A DNA stretch of 64,000 nt, taken from assembly GCF_036321535.1 (NCBI RefSeq), contig NC_087472.1, positions 94,242,001-94,306,000 of the forward strand, read 5' to 3'. The DNA is from Camelus dromedarius. Its lineage: Eukaryota. Each line of letters begins with the position of its first letter. The stretch's first letter is position 1. The translations under genes and the position numbers were made by a program. Below are positions 24,500 to 38,460 of this stretch, in pieces. The notes beneath the pieces were generated by a model. The model was not told the origin of the DNA, did no database searches, and saw only the letters and a program-made list of their open reading frames with translations.

Positions 24500-24628
24500 T
24501 GCCACTCAAATTGTTGACATCACCCGGGAACTTGTTAGTGAAGCAGAATCCTGGGCCAAAACTCAGAATCTGCATTTAAACAAGATTTCTGGGTAATGTG
24601 TATGTACATTTAAGTTTGAGAAATACTG
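24500..24628. mobile_element. MER5A1-like MITE
   Basis: catcacccgggaacttgttag...gcagaatc...tcagaatctgcatttaaacaagat...tacatttaagtttgagaaatactg. Confidence 0.6.
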
Positions 24629-25811
24629 TTCCTTGTGTCTCCTTATGAAACATGGCTGTCTCCCTAAGCTGCTACCTCTTACGTAGTGGCTTCTCAAAAG
24701 ATAATTTTCTCTGTTTCCTATTCCTCATACAGTTCTGCAGGTTGGAAGAGTGCTCTCTTTGTTTCTCATTATCTCTACATTGCTCTCTCCTCCCTAAGAA
24801 AACATCTACACTGAAGCTTTTGCTCTTTGGTTTTACCATTCTCCATTACTCCTTGTTGCAAACCTCTCTAGATCTGTGTCACTCCCCTCATCCCTCGAAG
24901 ATATGTAGACCTGGTTAATTCTTGCTCCCTTGCATTCTATTGCCCATATAATGTGTGGTGATTTAAAAATAGAGAATCCTTCCAATATATGGGCCTCTAG
25001 TTTCTTGATCTCCTCACTTGTAATTATCTTGGTCTCCACTCCACATAAGCCACCAATATTCTGGTCATTCCAGATATTATCATATCCAATATGTACATCT
25101 CCTCCATAATCTCAGTTTTTAAAATTGCACTCTCTAAGCCTCACCTTCTTTCTAGTTCTTTCCCTCTAGTACCTTCACTGCAACAATACTTTACTCCCAT
25201 CTGCACTGTCCTGTTTTCACTCTTTCACTCACTTCCCTTCTTGCCTGGCTACCATAGTCATCTGAAAAACTTGAAACTTGTCTAAATCTAATTCTCTAAC
25301 TATCCAATTCTTAACAGTTTATCGCTTGAATGTCATACCATTTTATATTCATGATACCACAAATCTTCAGTGTGCCTTCAGTACTTTGGTGTGATTCAGG
25401 TGGGGTTTTTTCCTAGTTCAGTAAGATTTCCCCTCTTCCTGGTGATTATCTCATACTGTCTTCATTTCTCAAACCTCAGCACTTCTTCCCCACTACAGAG
25501 CCTTTTCACTGTCTGTTGGTTATCTTTTTTCTTACTTCATTGAGAAAACAGATGCAATCGAAATAGAACTCTCTCATAATCCAAATTTAACAAATGTGCT
25601 TGTGTAGCCATATAAACTTCCTACCCAACCCTTTCAATTGATAACCTGTGTGAAATCCTTTCTAAGGCCAACCTTAAATGTATGCACTGGATCCCATGTC
25701 TTCATGCCTTTTCAAGGACTTTGCTACTTTGTCTCCCTTTCTCCTAGATAACCACATTCTCCAGCTCATCCTAGTCTTTCTTTTAAGAGTCTGTGAAACT
25801 GGAGCCTAAGG

Positions 25812-25986
25812 TTTTTTTTAAAATTGAAATAGAATTGATTTATAATACTGTGTTAGTTTCAAGTGTAAAGAAAATTGATTCAGTTATTTATATATATATA
25901 TATATTATATTAAATGATTTTCCATTATAGGTTATTCCAGGATATTGAATGTAGTTCCCTGTGCTATACAGGAAATCCTTGTTGCT
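25812..25986 (-). mobile_element. L1 3'-end fragment
   Basis: T tract followed by aaattgaaatagaattgatttataatactgtgttagtttcaagtgta...ccattataggttatt...gttccctgtgctatacag. Confidence 0.8.
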
Positions 25987-26107
25987 CAGGAGTCTGTTTA
26001 TTTCCAGCTACCATGATTGTTCTTTTCACTTCTAGAGAAAAATTCCTTGAAAGATTTGTTTTCACTTTATAATTCACTATTTTCTTCTCATTCTTGTTTC
26101 AACCCAC

Positions 26108-26542
26108 TGCATTAGTCTAAGTTACCCAGAGAAACAAAACCAATAGGAGATATATAGATATAGATAATTTACTGTAAGGAATTGGCTTATGCAATCATGG
26201 AGGCTGAAAAGTCCCAAGATCTGCAGTTGGCAAACTGGATACCCAGGAGAACCAATGGTAAAAGTTCCAGTATGAATGCAGGAGAAGAGCAATATCTCAG
26301 CTCAAAAACAGTCAACCAGGGACAGCAAATTCTCCTTTACTCTGTCTTTTGTTCTATTCAGGCCTCCGATATATTGGATGAGGTCTGTCCACGTTGGGGA
26401 GGGCAATCTGCTTTACTCAGTCTACCAATTCAAGTGTTAATCTCATCCAGAAACTCTCATGAACATGCCTCATATAATGTTTAACCAGATATCTTGGCAC
26501 CCCATGGCCCAGTCAAATTGACACGTAAAATTAATCATCATG
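26108..26542 (-). mobile_element. MLT2-type (ERVL) solo LTR
   Basis: tgcattagtc...cccagagaaacaaaaccaatagg...ggaattggcttatgcaatcatggaggctgaaaagtcccaagatctgcagttggcaa...ggcaatctgctttactcagtctacc...cagtcaaattgacacgtaaaattaatcatca. Confidence 0.85.
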
Positions 26543-26583
26543 TTACTCAGACTTTTATCTTCAACACTCTGCCAAAACCACTT

Positions 26584-27244
26584 TTTTTTTAAATTGAAGT
26601 ATAGTCAGTTATAGTGTGTCAATTTCTGGTGTACAGCATAATGTCCCAGTCATTCATACATGTACACATATATTTGTTTTCATATTCTTTTCCATCAAAG
26701 GTTATTACAAGATATTGAATATAGTTCCCTGTGCTATATGGAAGAAATTTGTTTTTTATCTACTTTTCTATATAGTAGTTAATGTTTGCAAATCTCAAAC
26801 TCCCAAATTTATCCTTTCCCACCTCCTTTCCCCCTAGTAACCATAAGATTGTTTACTATGTCTGTGAGTCTGTTTCTGTTTTATACATGAGTTCATTAGT
26901 GTCTTTTTTATTTTTTTAGATTCCACATATGAATGGAGTATATGGTATTTTTTTTTCTCTTTCTGGCTTACTTCACTTAGAATGATGATCTCCAGGTCCA
27001 TCCGTGTTGCTGCAAATAGCTTTATTTTCTTTTTTATGGCTGAGTAGTATTCCATTGTATAAATATATCACAACTTCTTTATCCAGTCTTCTGTTGATGG
27101 ACATTTAGATTGTTTCTATGTCTTGGCTATTGTAAATAGTGCTGCTGTGAACATTGGGGTGTGTGTATCTTTTCGAATTGGAGTTCCCTCTGGATATATG
27201 CCCAGGAATGAGATTGCTTGATCACATGGTAAGTCTGTTTTTAG
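26584..27244 (-). mobile_element. 5'-truncated camelid-type L1
   Basis: ORF2-end peptides ([45 protein letters not shown]), T tract, TSD caaaaccactt (26573-26583 / 27245-27255). Confidence 0.92.
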
Positions 27245-27944
27245 CAAAACCACTTCTTGAAAGTTGCTGGTGACCTCCACATTGCCATACCAGTGATTAA
27301 TTCTCAATTTTCATCTTCTTCAAATAAATAACATATGATACTCCTAGTTTCATGAAACACTCTTAAATTCACCTCAAGGATTCCAGGTTCTTCAACTTTT
27401 TCCTGTCTAGTAAGTTGCTCCATCTTAGTCTCTGAAAGTTCCTCTTTATTAGCCCTATTTTTAAATTTGAAGTGTCCTGGGGCTTAATTCCCTGACTTCT
27501 TGTTGACTTTATTTCTAGCTTTAAATAAAATGTCTATACCAGTGACTACATATTGTTTTTACTACAGCCCTTGGTTCTCCCCTAAAATCCAGCATTATAG
27601 TTGACATCACCTGGCTATATAATAGGCATTTCCATCTTAACATGTCTAAAACCAGACTTTTGATTTACTGTTAACTGAACCTAATCCATGTTATTTGCCA
27701 TCTGAATAAATGACAGCTCCATTTGACCAGTTGTTTTAGAGGGAAAAGAAACTTAAAATGATTTTTTTCTTGACTCTTTTATCTCTCCTATATTACATCA
27801 AATCCAGGAGTAAATCCTGTTGACACTAACTTTGAATATAGCCGAGTTTTGACCACATATTATTCTCCTCACTGAACAAAGCTAGTATCATCTCTTCCTT
27901 TGACTACAATTAGGGCCTCCTGATTAGACTACATGCTGCCATCT

Positions 27945-29090
27945 TTTTTTAAACAGCTTTATTGAAATATATTTTACCTATCATAAAATTCATAAAATTT
28001 CAAGGGTACAGTTCAGTGATTCTAGTAACTTACTGAGTAGTTCAACTACCACGATACATCAGTTTTAAAGCATTTTCATCCCCTTAGTAAGATTCATCAT
28101 GCCCATTCCCCATTCCAATCCTAGCTCTGGCCACCACTTGTCTATTTTCTGTCTGTGGGCATTTCACATAAATAGAATAAAGTAATATGTAGTCTCTTGT
28201 GTCTAGCTTCTTTCACTTAGCACTATTTTTGAGGGTCATCCCTGACATAGCATGTTTCAGTAATTTGTCCCTTTCTCTTGCTGTAGAGTATTTCATCGTG
28301 TGGATACACATTCTGTCTATCCATTTGCAAGCTGTTGAATACTTAGGTGGTTTCCAGTTTGGGGCTATTATGAATAATTCTGTTATGAATTTTGACATGC
28401 AGGTCTTTGTGTATACATACGTTTTTATTTCTTTTGGCTAGGTATCCAGGAGTAGAATTGCTGGGCTATATGGTAGTTGCATGTTTAACTTTTGGCTGCA
28501 AAACTTCTCCAAAGTGGAGGCACCATTTTCCATTTCCTCCAGTAGTGTATGAGGGTTACTGTTTCTCTGCATCCTTTCTTATCCATACTCACCATTCCAA
28601 TGCATGTGAAATGGTAACTTATGGTAGTTTTAATTTGCATTTCCCTAATGACTAATGACATTGGGCATCCTTTCCTGTGCTTCTTAGCCATTCGTGTATC
28701 TTCTTTGATAAAATATTTGTTCGTATCTTTTGCTCATTTTTTTTTGACTGAGTTGTCTTCTTATTGAGGTGTTAAGCATTTTTTAATTTAAATTCTGGAC
28801 AGACATCTCAAATTGGATATGTGTTTGCAGATATTTTCTCCTAGTTTGTTGTTTATCTTTTCATTTCTTAATGGTGTCTTTTGAAGTGCAGATGTTTTGA
28901 ATTTTAATGAGGTCCAATTTATTAATTTTTTTCTTTCAGGAACCATATTTTAGTGTTAGAGTTAAGAAATCTTTGCTTAGTACAAGGTCCCAAAGATCTT
29001 CTCCTGTGTTTCCTTCTCAAGGTTTTATTTATTTACCTCTTACATTTAAGTCTGTGATCCGGTGTGAATTATTTTTTTTGTGTATGGTGT
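27945..29090 (-). mobile_element. L1MB-like element (3' UTR plus ORF2 end)
   Basis: aaacagctttattgaaatata...tacagttcagtgattctagta; minus-strand peptides [18 protein letters not shown] and LFIIAPNWKPPK. Confidence 0.85.
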
Positions 29091-29330
29091 CACGCTCTGC
29101 TCCATCTTTGTTCACTTGCATTCTGTGATCAACATCAGGAAAAATGGTCATTTAAAATTTCAGATCACATCATGTGACTCCTCCTGCTAAGACCCATTTC
29201 CTTCCAAGTGAAATTCAAAGCCCTGTAATGTCCTGAATCGCCTACCGTTTGATATCATCTCTTTTTAACCTGCATGGTTCACTCCAGAATCACAGCCTTC
29301 CTTGCTACTTCTCAAAGAGTCTAATATCTC

Positions 29331-29420
29331 AGGGGGCGGGTATACCTCAGTGGTAGAGCATGTGCTAAGCATGCACGAGGTCCTGGGTTCAATCCCCAGT
29401 ACCTCCACTTAAAAAAAATT
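29331..29420 (+). mobile_element. tRNA-Ala-derived camelid SINE (Vic-1 type), short form
   Basis: A box/B box tRNA-like body, A tail, perfect 15-bp TSD agagtctaatatctc (29316-29330 / 29421-29435). Confidence 0.95.
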
Positions 29421-30859
29421 AGAGTCTAATATCTCTACTTCACTGTTTATGCACATGCTGCTTTATCTGTCAGGAATGTTCTGTCATCTCCTCATAGACA
29501 TCTTCCCTGACTGCTCTCCGTGAACTCTCTGTCCCCTTACCCTTTCATATTTTCTTCAGAGCCTTAGCGTCTCCCAACACAATATAAGTGTATTTAGTAA
29601 TATGTATTTGTTTGTTTATATATTCTCAGCTTCCCTCATTACAATGAAAGCTCTGTAAGGTCAGCGGCATTTTTCTTGTGTTCATTATTTTATCTTTATT
29701 ACCTAGAAGAGTGCCTGACACATAGTAAGAATTATTTGTGAATTAAAAACATATGATTTGTGGTTCCTGTCTTTGCTTCCAAGAAGATGACTAGGACGTA
29801 TGTGAGTCCAAGTCTGCTTATACTGTTGAAAAAGATAAAAGTGGAGTAACATGGAGCTTGCTTTGTTTCTACAGATAGACATATTAGGCAATGTAAAATA
29901 CTATAAATGATCATCTGAATGGTTTTACAAAATGAAAATCCCCTTTTGAATTACCTGAGAATCATATTGATTACAGTTTTGTATTATTTAGTAATATAGT
30001 TCAAGTTCTTGCATAGGTATTAGCAAAAGATTCTTTTAAATCATTTATGTAGAAGTGTTCAATGTAAGCAGAAGGGTATGTGCATATTATTTCTTAGATG
30101 ACATAATCCTTTTCTGACTACCAGATCTAGACATAATCTTTTTCTTTCTCTTCCCATTTATAGTAGTTTATTTTATGAGAGTCATCAGTTGGTTATCAAT
30201 CTCTCCTTGTATTAAAGCCATCTCTTCCACTTTGCTTTAAATCTATATAAATGGATTAGAAACCGCTAATGAGCAGGATCCATAGCTTATCTGTCTTTGC
30301 ATTTTCCAGAAAGGCTTTGCATAAAGTTCACACATAAATTTTTGCTCAATAAATAGTAAAAAAAAAAAAAAAAAAAAATTCAATATGCCAAAATTTGAAA
30401 ATCATGTTGCCCAGTTAGATCGATTGAACAATGTATAAAAATAATGCTGAGTTTGTCTTTATAGACTCATGGGACTCAGTGAGCTGTGTCTGAAATGTTT
30501 GAACTAGTCATATAACAATATACCATTGCCGTCTGGGTCCTGGTACTGACAAATCCTAGCAGTATATTGCACAGATATTTACAAGACCACATCCAAAACA
30601 AATATTTTGAAGGAAACCATGTGACACAAACCATTTTGAATGATCTCTGTTTCATCTACAAGTAACTAACGTCGTTGCACGCATGTATATGAACTGAAAC
30701 AACAATGGTGTATATTTGTATGTATGTTTATGTGTCTACAATAGAGGTCTGATAGTGTAAAATATTAGCTTTTACTCAGATGAAATCTGTGTTTTACAAC
30801 TACAAGGAGAATGGTGGAGGTAGACTCGTTCATTGTGCCTAACTAATAACTTGTGATGC

Positions 30860-31065
30860 TAGAGTTTTAATACGCAGAATTGGACTCCAGATTGCATGCC
30901 CCTGAGCACAGAAATGCACTGCTTTCTCTGTGCAAAGCATTCTTCACATAATCTCTGTGTCTCAGTTTAATTATCTATATAATAGGTATATTAATCTACC
31001 TCATAGAGGTATGAGGAATTAATAAGAATATATATACATATATATCACTTAGTCTAATGTCTAGC
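30860..31065 (+). mobile_element. MIR SINE
   Basis: aatctctgtgtctcagtttaattatctatataatagg...tacctcatagaggtatgaggaattaa. Confidence 0.55.
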
Positions 31066-32834
31066 ATATAACAATTGATATTACCATTTTTATATTTGAA
31101 AGTATATTGCTTTTGTAATGAAAAATGCAAGAAAAATAAAATTTAACAGAAGAAAACAAAGTTGTTGTGATTATAAGCCTTAAATAAAGGACATCAAGGA
31201 AAATTAGAAATTTAAACCTTACTTGATCCAATGCCCAGATGATGCCCAAATTAGAGGTGGAAACATAGGTAGAAAAGACCTGGAGCTGGTGATGCTGGAT
31301 AATGAAATACAACTGATTGTAATTTTGACATTATGCTGTGTCAGGTATAACCCAGTTTTAAACTATCCGAACTTTACTGAAGGAAGATGATCAAAAGAGG
31401 GAAATGTGTCTAATGTTTTATCCTAGATACAGGAGGTTTAAATGGAGATTGTTGTTTTGATCCAGCTCCTTAAAACGTTGCCTATGCAGAGAGAATAGCT
31501 GAATGTTTTAAATTTTTACCATTACTGAGGATTCACATTTGCAGCTCATGAGAAGTTAGAGGTAGAAAAGGATCAAATTCCGCCATCCTATATTTCTTCT
31601 TCTTAAACATTGTAAGAGGATTTATTTTAGGATTATTTTTAATATCTGAAAAATGGGAGGAGAACATGAGGAGGAATCTAAAATTTTTAATTTCATCTTT
31701 CTTTGAATGGCATGGGGAATGTTCTCATGTTGAACCATATAAAAGAGAGAATAGTAGTTGAATGATGAGTAGGAAGGAGAAAAGAGATGGGAAGCCAGTT
31801 AGCTTCCATCCCTAGGATGTAACCCTTATACGATGCCCTTTAAATTAGTTAGTGGACCCAAGGAAGCCCTAGTGAATGGGGAAAGCCAGTGGAACAGATA
31901 TTTCACTTTTGGGGCGAAGTCACCACCAAGGAGGGAAAGATATATCTGGTCAACAGGACTCAAGTGAACACATAGTGATTCCAGTAGAGGTGGTTGAGAA
32001 CTTGCCTGACATCCAACTCACTATTACTAATGCTTATAGATTACTAACAGCAGAATGTGTAGTTACTGTGACTATGGGAGCTAAGGTTCCAGGGAACAAA
32101 TTCCCAGAATGGAATCCTTGCATCCCAGCAGTAAGATTGTTGTCTCTACCTTCAGAGAATGATCCACAGTTGAGGGGCTGTGGATTCAGTGCCACTGAGT
32201 ACAGCCTCATGGGTTGCGCAGCACCCAATGTTGTCACATCTAAGGGAGGAGGTGCATTCACATAATACGTTTCATTGATTTGAAGATGTTTTGCAAGAAT
32301 ATCCTGACAGATAAAAGTAATGTGTCTTACTCTAAAATAATAAGTTTCTTATAACAGATTTCCAATAGATGCAGTACAGTGTCTTGTGATTCGCTCATTT
32401 TTCTATTTCATAAAGGCACTAGCCTAGCACCTACTATTTCTCCTTTTAATAGGACTGCAGAGAATATGTTAAATGTATGAATAGCATGTCCCTGGTGGAG
32501 GGAAAGTCAATATGTTTGTGTTTTACTTTTGTGAGAGATTGTGTCTATGCGACACACGTTATATCTTGCCGTTAAATTAGTTCCCCATCTTGTCTTGATA
32601 TTGGCAGTGTGTCTGAGACCAAGGTGGTAAGTTATGCGGAAAGTGAAATGTATTCATGAAGTCTAAAAGTTCAGTACAGATCAAAAACACATGGCAGACC
32701 CAGGCCCAGCTTTAAAGTCCCAGAATCATTTTTTGGAATGCGAACCGCTTGGCTGTCAGGTGCTGCTGCTTTATGTGTGTCAGATATCCACAACAAAGGT
32801 AAAAGATACTTTTCTTTTTTAATAGAGGCTATAT

Positions 32835-33075
32835 GAAATAGTGGTTAAGAGTATATAGACTCTGAAGCCAGATACTCGGGATTCAAATCCCATTTTCTTT
32901 TCTTACTAACTTTATGTCTTTGGGCAAATCAGTGAAACTTTCTCTGCCTCAGTTTCTTCAAATGTAAAATGGAATTGAGAACGTTAGTACAGATCTCACA
33001 GGGCTATTGTAAAGATTAGATAAATTAATATATGAAAAGCATTTGAACCGAACCAACCTACTAGCACAATTAAAT
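32835..33075 (+). mobile_element. MIR SINE
   Basis: gtggttaagag...gactctgaagccaga...ggattcaaatccc...tgggcaaatca...tctctgcctcagtttcttcaaatgtaaaatgg...ctcacagggctattgtaaagatta. Confidence 0.75.
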
Positions 33076-33677
33076 TCTTTGCTGCTGCTGCTATGACTGC
33101 TACTTACTACTAGTATTAAATAATAGCAAAGTCACGGATATATTTTTGTCTGTGTTCTTTATCTCCAGTAAGAAATAAATATGGAAATTTTTGTGCCTAT
33201 GTAGACATTTTGGCATTCAGCAGATTAATACATTATCTGCATACTTATTAATTTTTCATTTACATTCTGTCAAAGTATCTTTACAATATAATAGATAGTT
33301 GTCTCGCTTTGCTAGCCTTTTGGGCACAGCTTTGGATCTATATTTGTAAAAAGTTTCTACATACACAGAAAAGTATTTCTTACCCTGTGTGACACGGTTA
33401 TGACAGTGTTCACTACGAGTGTCCACACGTAAGACTGATAGAGACGAAAATTTAATACATAGTGTCTACCTCTTCTCTCTCTCTTTTATTTTATAAAAAC
33501 AAATGTATAGACTAAAAACTAATATTTAAATCCAAAAAATAGAATCTTAGTCTGTGATATGAAATTGTTGATGTCTAAGTCTGGTCATATCCAAGACGAA
33601 GATTCTATTTTTAATTTAAATATTAGTTTTTATTCTATACATTTTTTATAAAGAAAGAAAGATGGAAATATATATTC

Positions 33678-33769
33678 TTTTTTTTTTTTTAATGGAGGTA
33701 CTGGGGATTGAACCCAGGACCTCATGCATGCTAAACATGCACTCTACCACTGAGCTATTTTCCTTCCCC
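33678..33769 (-). mobile_element. tRNA-Ala-derived camelid SINE, short form
   Basis: T tract followed by aatggaggtactggggattgaacccaggacctcatgcatgctaaacatgcactctaccactgagcta; degenerate TSD tatattctt / tatatcctt. Confidence 0.9.
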
Positions 33770-34052
33770 TGTATATCCTTAATTTGTAATGTGAGTCACA
33801 CATTGGGCAAGAAACTTTTTTACGGGAGTGGTTTTATTAACTAATTCAATAACATGGGCTGTACTAGAATGTTCTGGGCAGAAGGGACAAGGAAGAGAAA
33901 TTTTCTGAAAATCTCCATTTCTTGATCATTTTCCCTTACCCTAGCTTTCTTTTATGAAGCAGGAAAGTTATTTGAAGTGATACTAAACAAATGAGAATTT
34001 TGATTCTAATATAAAACAGCCCTCCATGATAACTTATTGTTGTTCAAATTTT

Positions 34053-35396
34053 TTTTAACATTTTTTATTGATTTATAATCATTTTACAATGTTGTGTTAA
34101 ATTCTAGTGTTCAGCACAATTTTTCAGTTATTCATGGACATATACACACTCATTGTCACATTTTTTCTCTGTGAGCTATCATAACATTCTGTGTATATTT
34201 CCCTGTGCTATACAGTGTAGTCTATTCTACAGTTTTGAAATCCCAGTCTATCCCTTCCCACCCTCCACTCCCCTGGTAACCACAAGTCTGTATTCTCTGT
34301 CTGTGAGTCTATTTCTGTCCTGTATTTACGCTTTGTTTTTGTTTGTTTGTTTGTTTTTGTTTTTGTTTTTTAGATTCCACATATGAGCGATCTCATATGG
34401 TATTTTTCTTTCTCTTTCTGGCTTACTTCACTTAGAATGACATTCTCCAGGAGCATCCATGTTGCTGCAAATGGCATTATGTTGTCGGTTTTTATGGCTG
34501 AGTAGTATTCCATTGTATAAATATACCACCTCTTCTTTATCCAGTCACCTGTTGATGGACATTTAGGCTGTCTCCATGTTTTGGCTATTGTAAATAGTGC
34601 TGCTATGAACATTGGGGTGCAGGTGTCATCCTGAAGTAGATTTCCTTCTGGATACAAGCCCAGGAGTGGGATTCCTGGGTCAAATGGTAAGTCTATTCCT
34701 AGTCTTTTGAGGAATCTCCACACTGTTTTCCACAGTGGCTGCATTCCCACCAGCAGTGCAGGAGGGTTCCTTTTTCTCCCCAGCATTTGTCATTTGTTGA
34801 CTTTTGAATGATAGCCATTCTGACTGGTGTGAGGTGACACTTCATTGTAGTTATGATTTGCATTTCTCTGATAATTAGCAATATTGAGCATTTTTTCATG
34901 TGCCTATTGATCATTGTATTTCTTCCTTGGAGAATTGCATGTTTAGGTCTTCTGCCCATTTTTGGATTGGGTTGTTTTTTTCTTAGTAATTTGTATGAGC
35001 TGCTTATATATTCTGGAGATCAAGCCTTTGTCAGTTTCATCTTTTGCAAAAATTTTCTCCCATTCCATAGGTTGTCGTTTTGTTTTGCTTATGGTTTCCT
35101 TTGCTGTGCAGAAGCTTGTAAGTTTCATCAGGTCCCATTTGTTTATTCTTGCTTTTATTTCTTCTAGGAGAAAATTTTTGAGATGTATGTCAGATAATGT
35201 TTTGCCTATGTTTTCCTCTAGGAGGTTTATTGTATCTTGTCTTATGTTTAAGTCTTTAATCCATTTTGAGTTGATTTTTGTATATGGTGTAAGGGAGTGT
35301 TGTAGCTTCATTGTTTTACATGCTGCTGTCCAGTTTTCCCAACACCATTTGCTGAAGAGACTGTCTTTATTCCAATGTATATTCTTGCCTCCTTTG
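34053..35396 (-). mobile_element. Relatively young 5'-truncated camelid L1
   Basis: ORF2 peptides ([44 protein letters not shown]); perfect 15-bp TSD tgttgttcaaatttt (34038-34052 / 35397-35411) at a TTTT/AT endonuclease-like site. Confidence 0.95.
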
Positions 35397-37504
35397 TGTT
35401 GTTCAAATTTTATCTAAGACTGCAGACTTCAGGGGGTTGTGAACTGGATTGTGCTCACGCTTGGTGGCATTGACTATAATCACATGCTGCAGTTTTTTAT
35501 TTGAATGGCAAAAAAGTGTGTTATGGATAAGTCACCAGACAAGGAATGTTTTGTAATTCCTATTTGGAGGTACTCTTTACCTTTTCGTATAATAAAAGGT
35601 GATACACCTGGAAACCTGAGCTACAGAACCCTCTATTTCTTATTTAAACCATTGTTAGCATCACCTACAGATAGGCAATAAAGGTATCTGCCTGGCTGGT
35701 TGGTTCTTAAACTGCTATGGTCCTTATTCAGCTGCTAAATTACTATTGCTTTGAATAAATCATTTTAATCCTTTTACCCTTCTTTTCCTGGGATGCAGTG
35801 TTAAGCTTTGGAATCCAACTCATTATGGTTTTGTTTATATTCTTTCTAAAAGGGCTCAAGTTGGAGGCTTTTACTTTTAAATGATTTCAGCTTATCTTTC
35901 TGATTTCTCAGTAACTTCTCTATTAATTTTCAATTTGTGTTTTTAGAAGAACATAAAATATCAAAACATGATTGAAAAAATGTTCTTGCTTACCAACAAA
36001 TACTAATGTAATATTTATGACACTTTCCCATAGAAATCAATTACTTGATATCTCAAAGGCATAAAAAAGTAGTCTTTAATTGTTGAAATGACCTTTATTT
36101 GGCATTATAGACATGGCCTAAAGTATTCCATGAATATTCTGATGCTTCAAATTTTAATATGAGTGGTTTTAGCATCTCCACAACTATATTATTGTATGTA
36201 CTGAATGCTCCCATATCAGATAAAGATACTTAAGCCATCAGATAAAACTACAACTTGAAACAGAAGGTTGAGTTCCTTTTTGCAGATCCTTTTATGCTGC
36301 CACAGTTAGAATGTTTTATTCTGTCACTAAAATTTCAAACTATTTCCATGAACTAAGTTTAGTACTTTTTGTTAATATGCCAGGTAACACTGTTTTCTTT
36401 GTAACATAGCAATTTCATTTTATTTCAGGACATTTTTAATAAAGTTAAATGCCGTGAAAAAGGTATACGATCCTTTAGAATAACTACTCTGATAGCAAAC
36501 GTATTTCAGTCTTTCAGAGGGAAATAAAATTAACGGTATCTCTGATAAAAGTTGGCATCTCTAGTCCATCTGCCAACTGAGCCATGGAAATTTATGCACC
36601 ATATCTTTCTGAAACTTGACAACATCAACACATATCAATTATGGCTATTACTAAAGAAAATTGTAGACTTCACAGTCCAAGTTGTAATTGAGGACATTTT
36701 GAACTTTGAAAGAGGAAACTCATTAGATGTTGGGAGAGGAAACCATGAACACATGGCTTAAAGGATGAAGGAGATAAGGAAATGAACATGGTGTACACAC
36801 GATCACTGGCAATGACTCAGAGAAGATATTTTTCGTTGGTTGGCTGGTTTTAATGATTATAATCTTTTGAGTATATTTATAAACTTAACTAGAGAGAAAT
36901 TAATAAAGACTGGACTCATAAAAGAGAGCCAAGCTTAATTTGATGGCCTCTAAGAAAGCAAGTGTTAGTAAAGTCAAGAGTAAATGAAGGAGATATGTAA
37001 TTGACATCAAATGTTAATTCCCTTTTCTCTGGGGAAAAAAAAGGAGGAGACTTATTAAAATAAAGATAAACTTTAAGAGAGTAGGAAGGAAAAGTGAAGG
37101 AATTCACATCTTATGACCTCTATCTTCCCATTGAAGTAGGAGGCAAATTCACTTACTAACTGGGGTCTAGTGGTGGATAAAAGCATAGATGGAGACTTTG
37201 GAAGCTCAGAAACAGCTGAACATTTGATTTAGGATTTGAAACATCAAATCTGTTTGCATAGCCAGGCATAATGTCTTTTCAAATTGCCTTAAGTTTAAGC
37301 TTCTAATACTCACTCCATGGACGTGGATTTGACCACTTAGACTGAATGATTTACATTTATGTAGACATAGCTTCAGTTCTCCAAATCTTGTATTTCTGTA
37401 ATGTCACCTATTCCCCCCTAAATTTCAAGCATCTTTCTAATTCACATGTTGATTTGCATTGAATATTCAGTTTCTTTATTGGAATAATATCTGTAATTCT
37501 GGAA

Positions 37505-37701
37505 TTGCACTGTCCAATATGATAGCCACTGTCTGCATGTGGCTACTTAATTTTTAACTTTCTTTAACTTTAAATTTATTTTCTCAGGTTTAGTCATATT
37601 GTAAATACGCAGTAGCCACATGTGGCTAGTTACTGACATGTTTAATAGTGTAGGTATATTTCCATCATTGCAGATGCAGAAAGTTCTATTGGATAATGGT
37701 G
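37505..37701. mobile_element. MER3-like hAT MITE
   Basis: gcactgtccaatatgatagccact...catgtggcta...agtagccacatgtggctagt...gaaagttctattggataatggtg; flanks ttctggaa / gtctagaa resemble an 8-bp TSD. Confidence 0.7.
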
Positions 37702-38460
37702 GTCTAGAATCATGCCATTCCTACTCGAGTAACTTGTACAAATGTAGATGATCTGTTAAAAACACATTTCCTGTGATTTTAAGTTGAGTACATCCCTGGC
37801 AAAGTGGTTTCCTATCCCCATGCTATTCCCAAGTGCATAGATGAAAGAAGTATATGCCCAGAACTAATTTAAAGGTTTAGTCCCCACAGTCTTAATATTT
37901 ACAAAACTGTAGTCTTTGACTTGTACTGGCAGTTCAACCCCACTCCTAACTTTGTGCTGGAGGAATTTAAGTAATTCATCATCAGCCTTCATTTTTGACT
38001 CATTCCTGATCTTGTACCCCAGCTAGAATAAATGAGCTTTTAAATTTTTCTCAAGGCTTCAGTCATATCTTTTAAACTCCATGCTGCTTAACAAATGCAG
38101 GAAGTTTTGGTTTTCTGTTTTCTTACCCAGAAAGTTTCATGATGTTACAAGAAAAGAGCCGTCCTTAACTAATGACTTGGGTTTGTTCCAACGCTGTGAC
38201 AAACGTGTTGAGTCTTCTGATACTTGGTTTCCATATTTATTGAATTCAGTTAAAAATTGCATCTTTCAGTCTAAAATGATAAAATACATTTAAAGTCAAG
38301 CTACAAAATTATCATCATCGTAGTCATTCTAAATATATATCGTACTGCCTATGTGTCTAGTTCATACAAAGAGCTTTCTACAAATATGTTAACATTTGTT
38401 CTTACAACCCCTCAAAACAGGTACTCACTCAACACACTTTAGTTTTTTTATTAGATAGTA

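Larger units (their letters stand above)
24700..29745 (+). mobile_element. Long L2 remnant fragmented by five later insertions
   Basis: L2-like C/T-rich pieces at ~24700-25800, ~26000-26105, ~26545-26580, ~27245-27945 and ~29090-29745, ending in the L2 3' motif cctagaagagtgcctgacacatagtaagaattatttgtgaat. Confidence 0.6.

Noticed and set aside
29331..29420. tRNA-Ala gene (also at 14294, 33678, 46807, 63092)
   Set aside because: A tails, TSDs, stem mismatches and multiple dispersed copies indicate SINEs
31876..32265. 129-aa ORF as a coding exon
   Set aside because: No recognisable homology or convincing splice sites; the GC-elevated block may be an old LTR remnant
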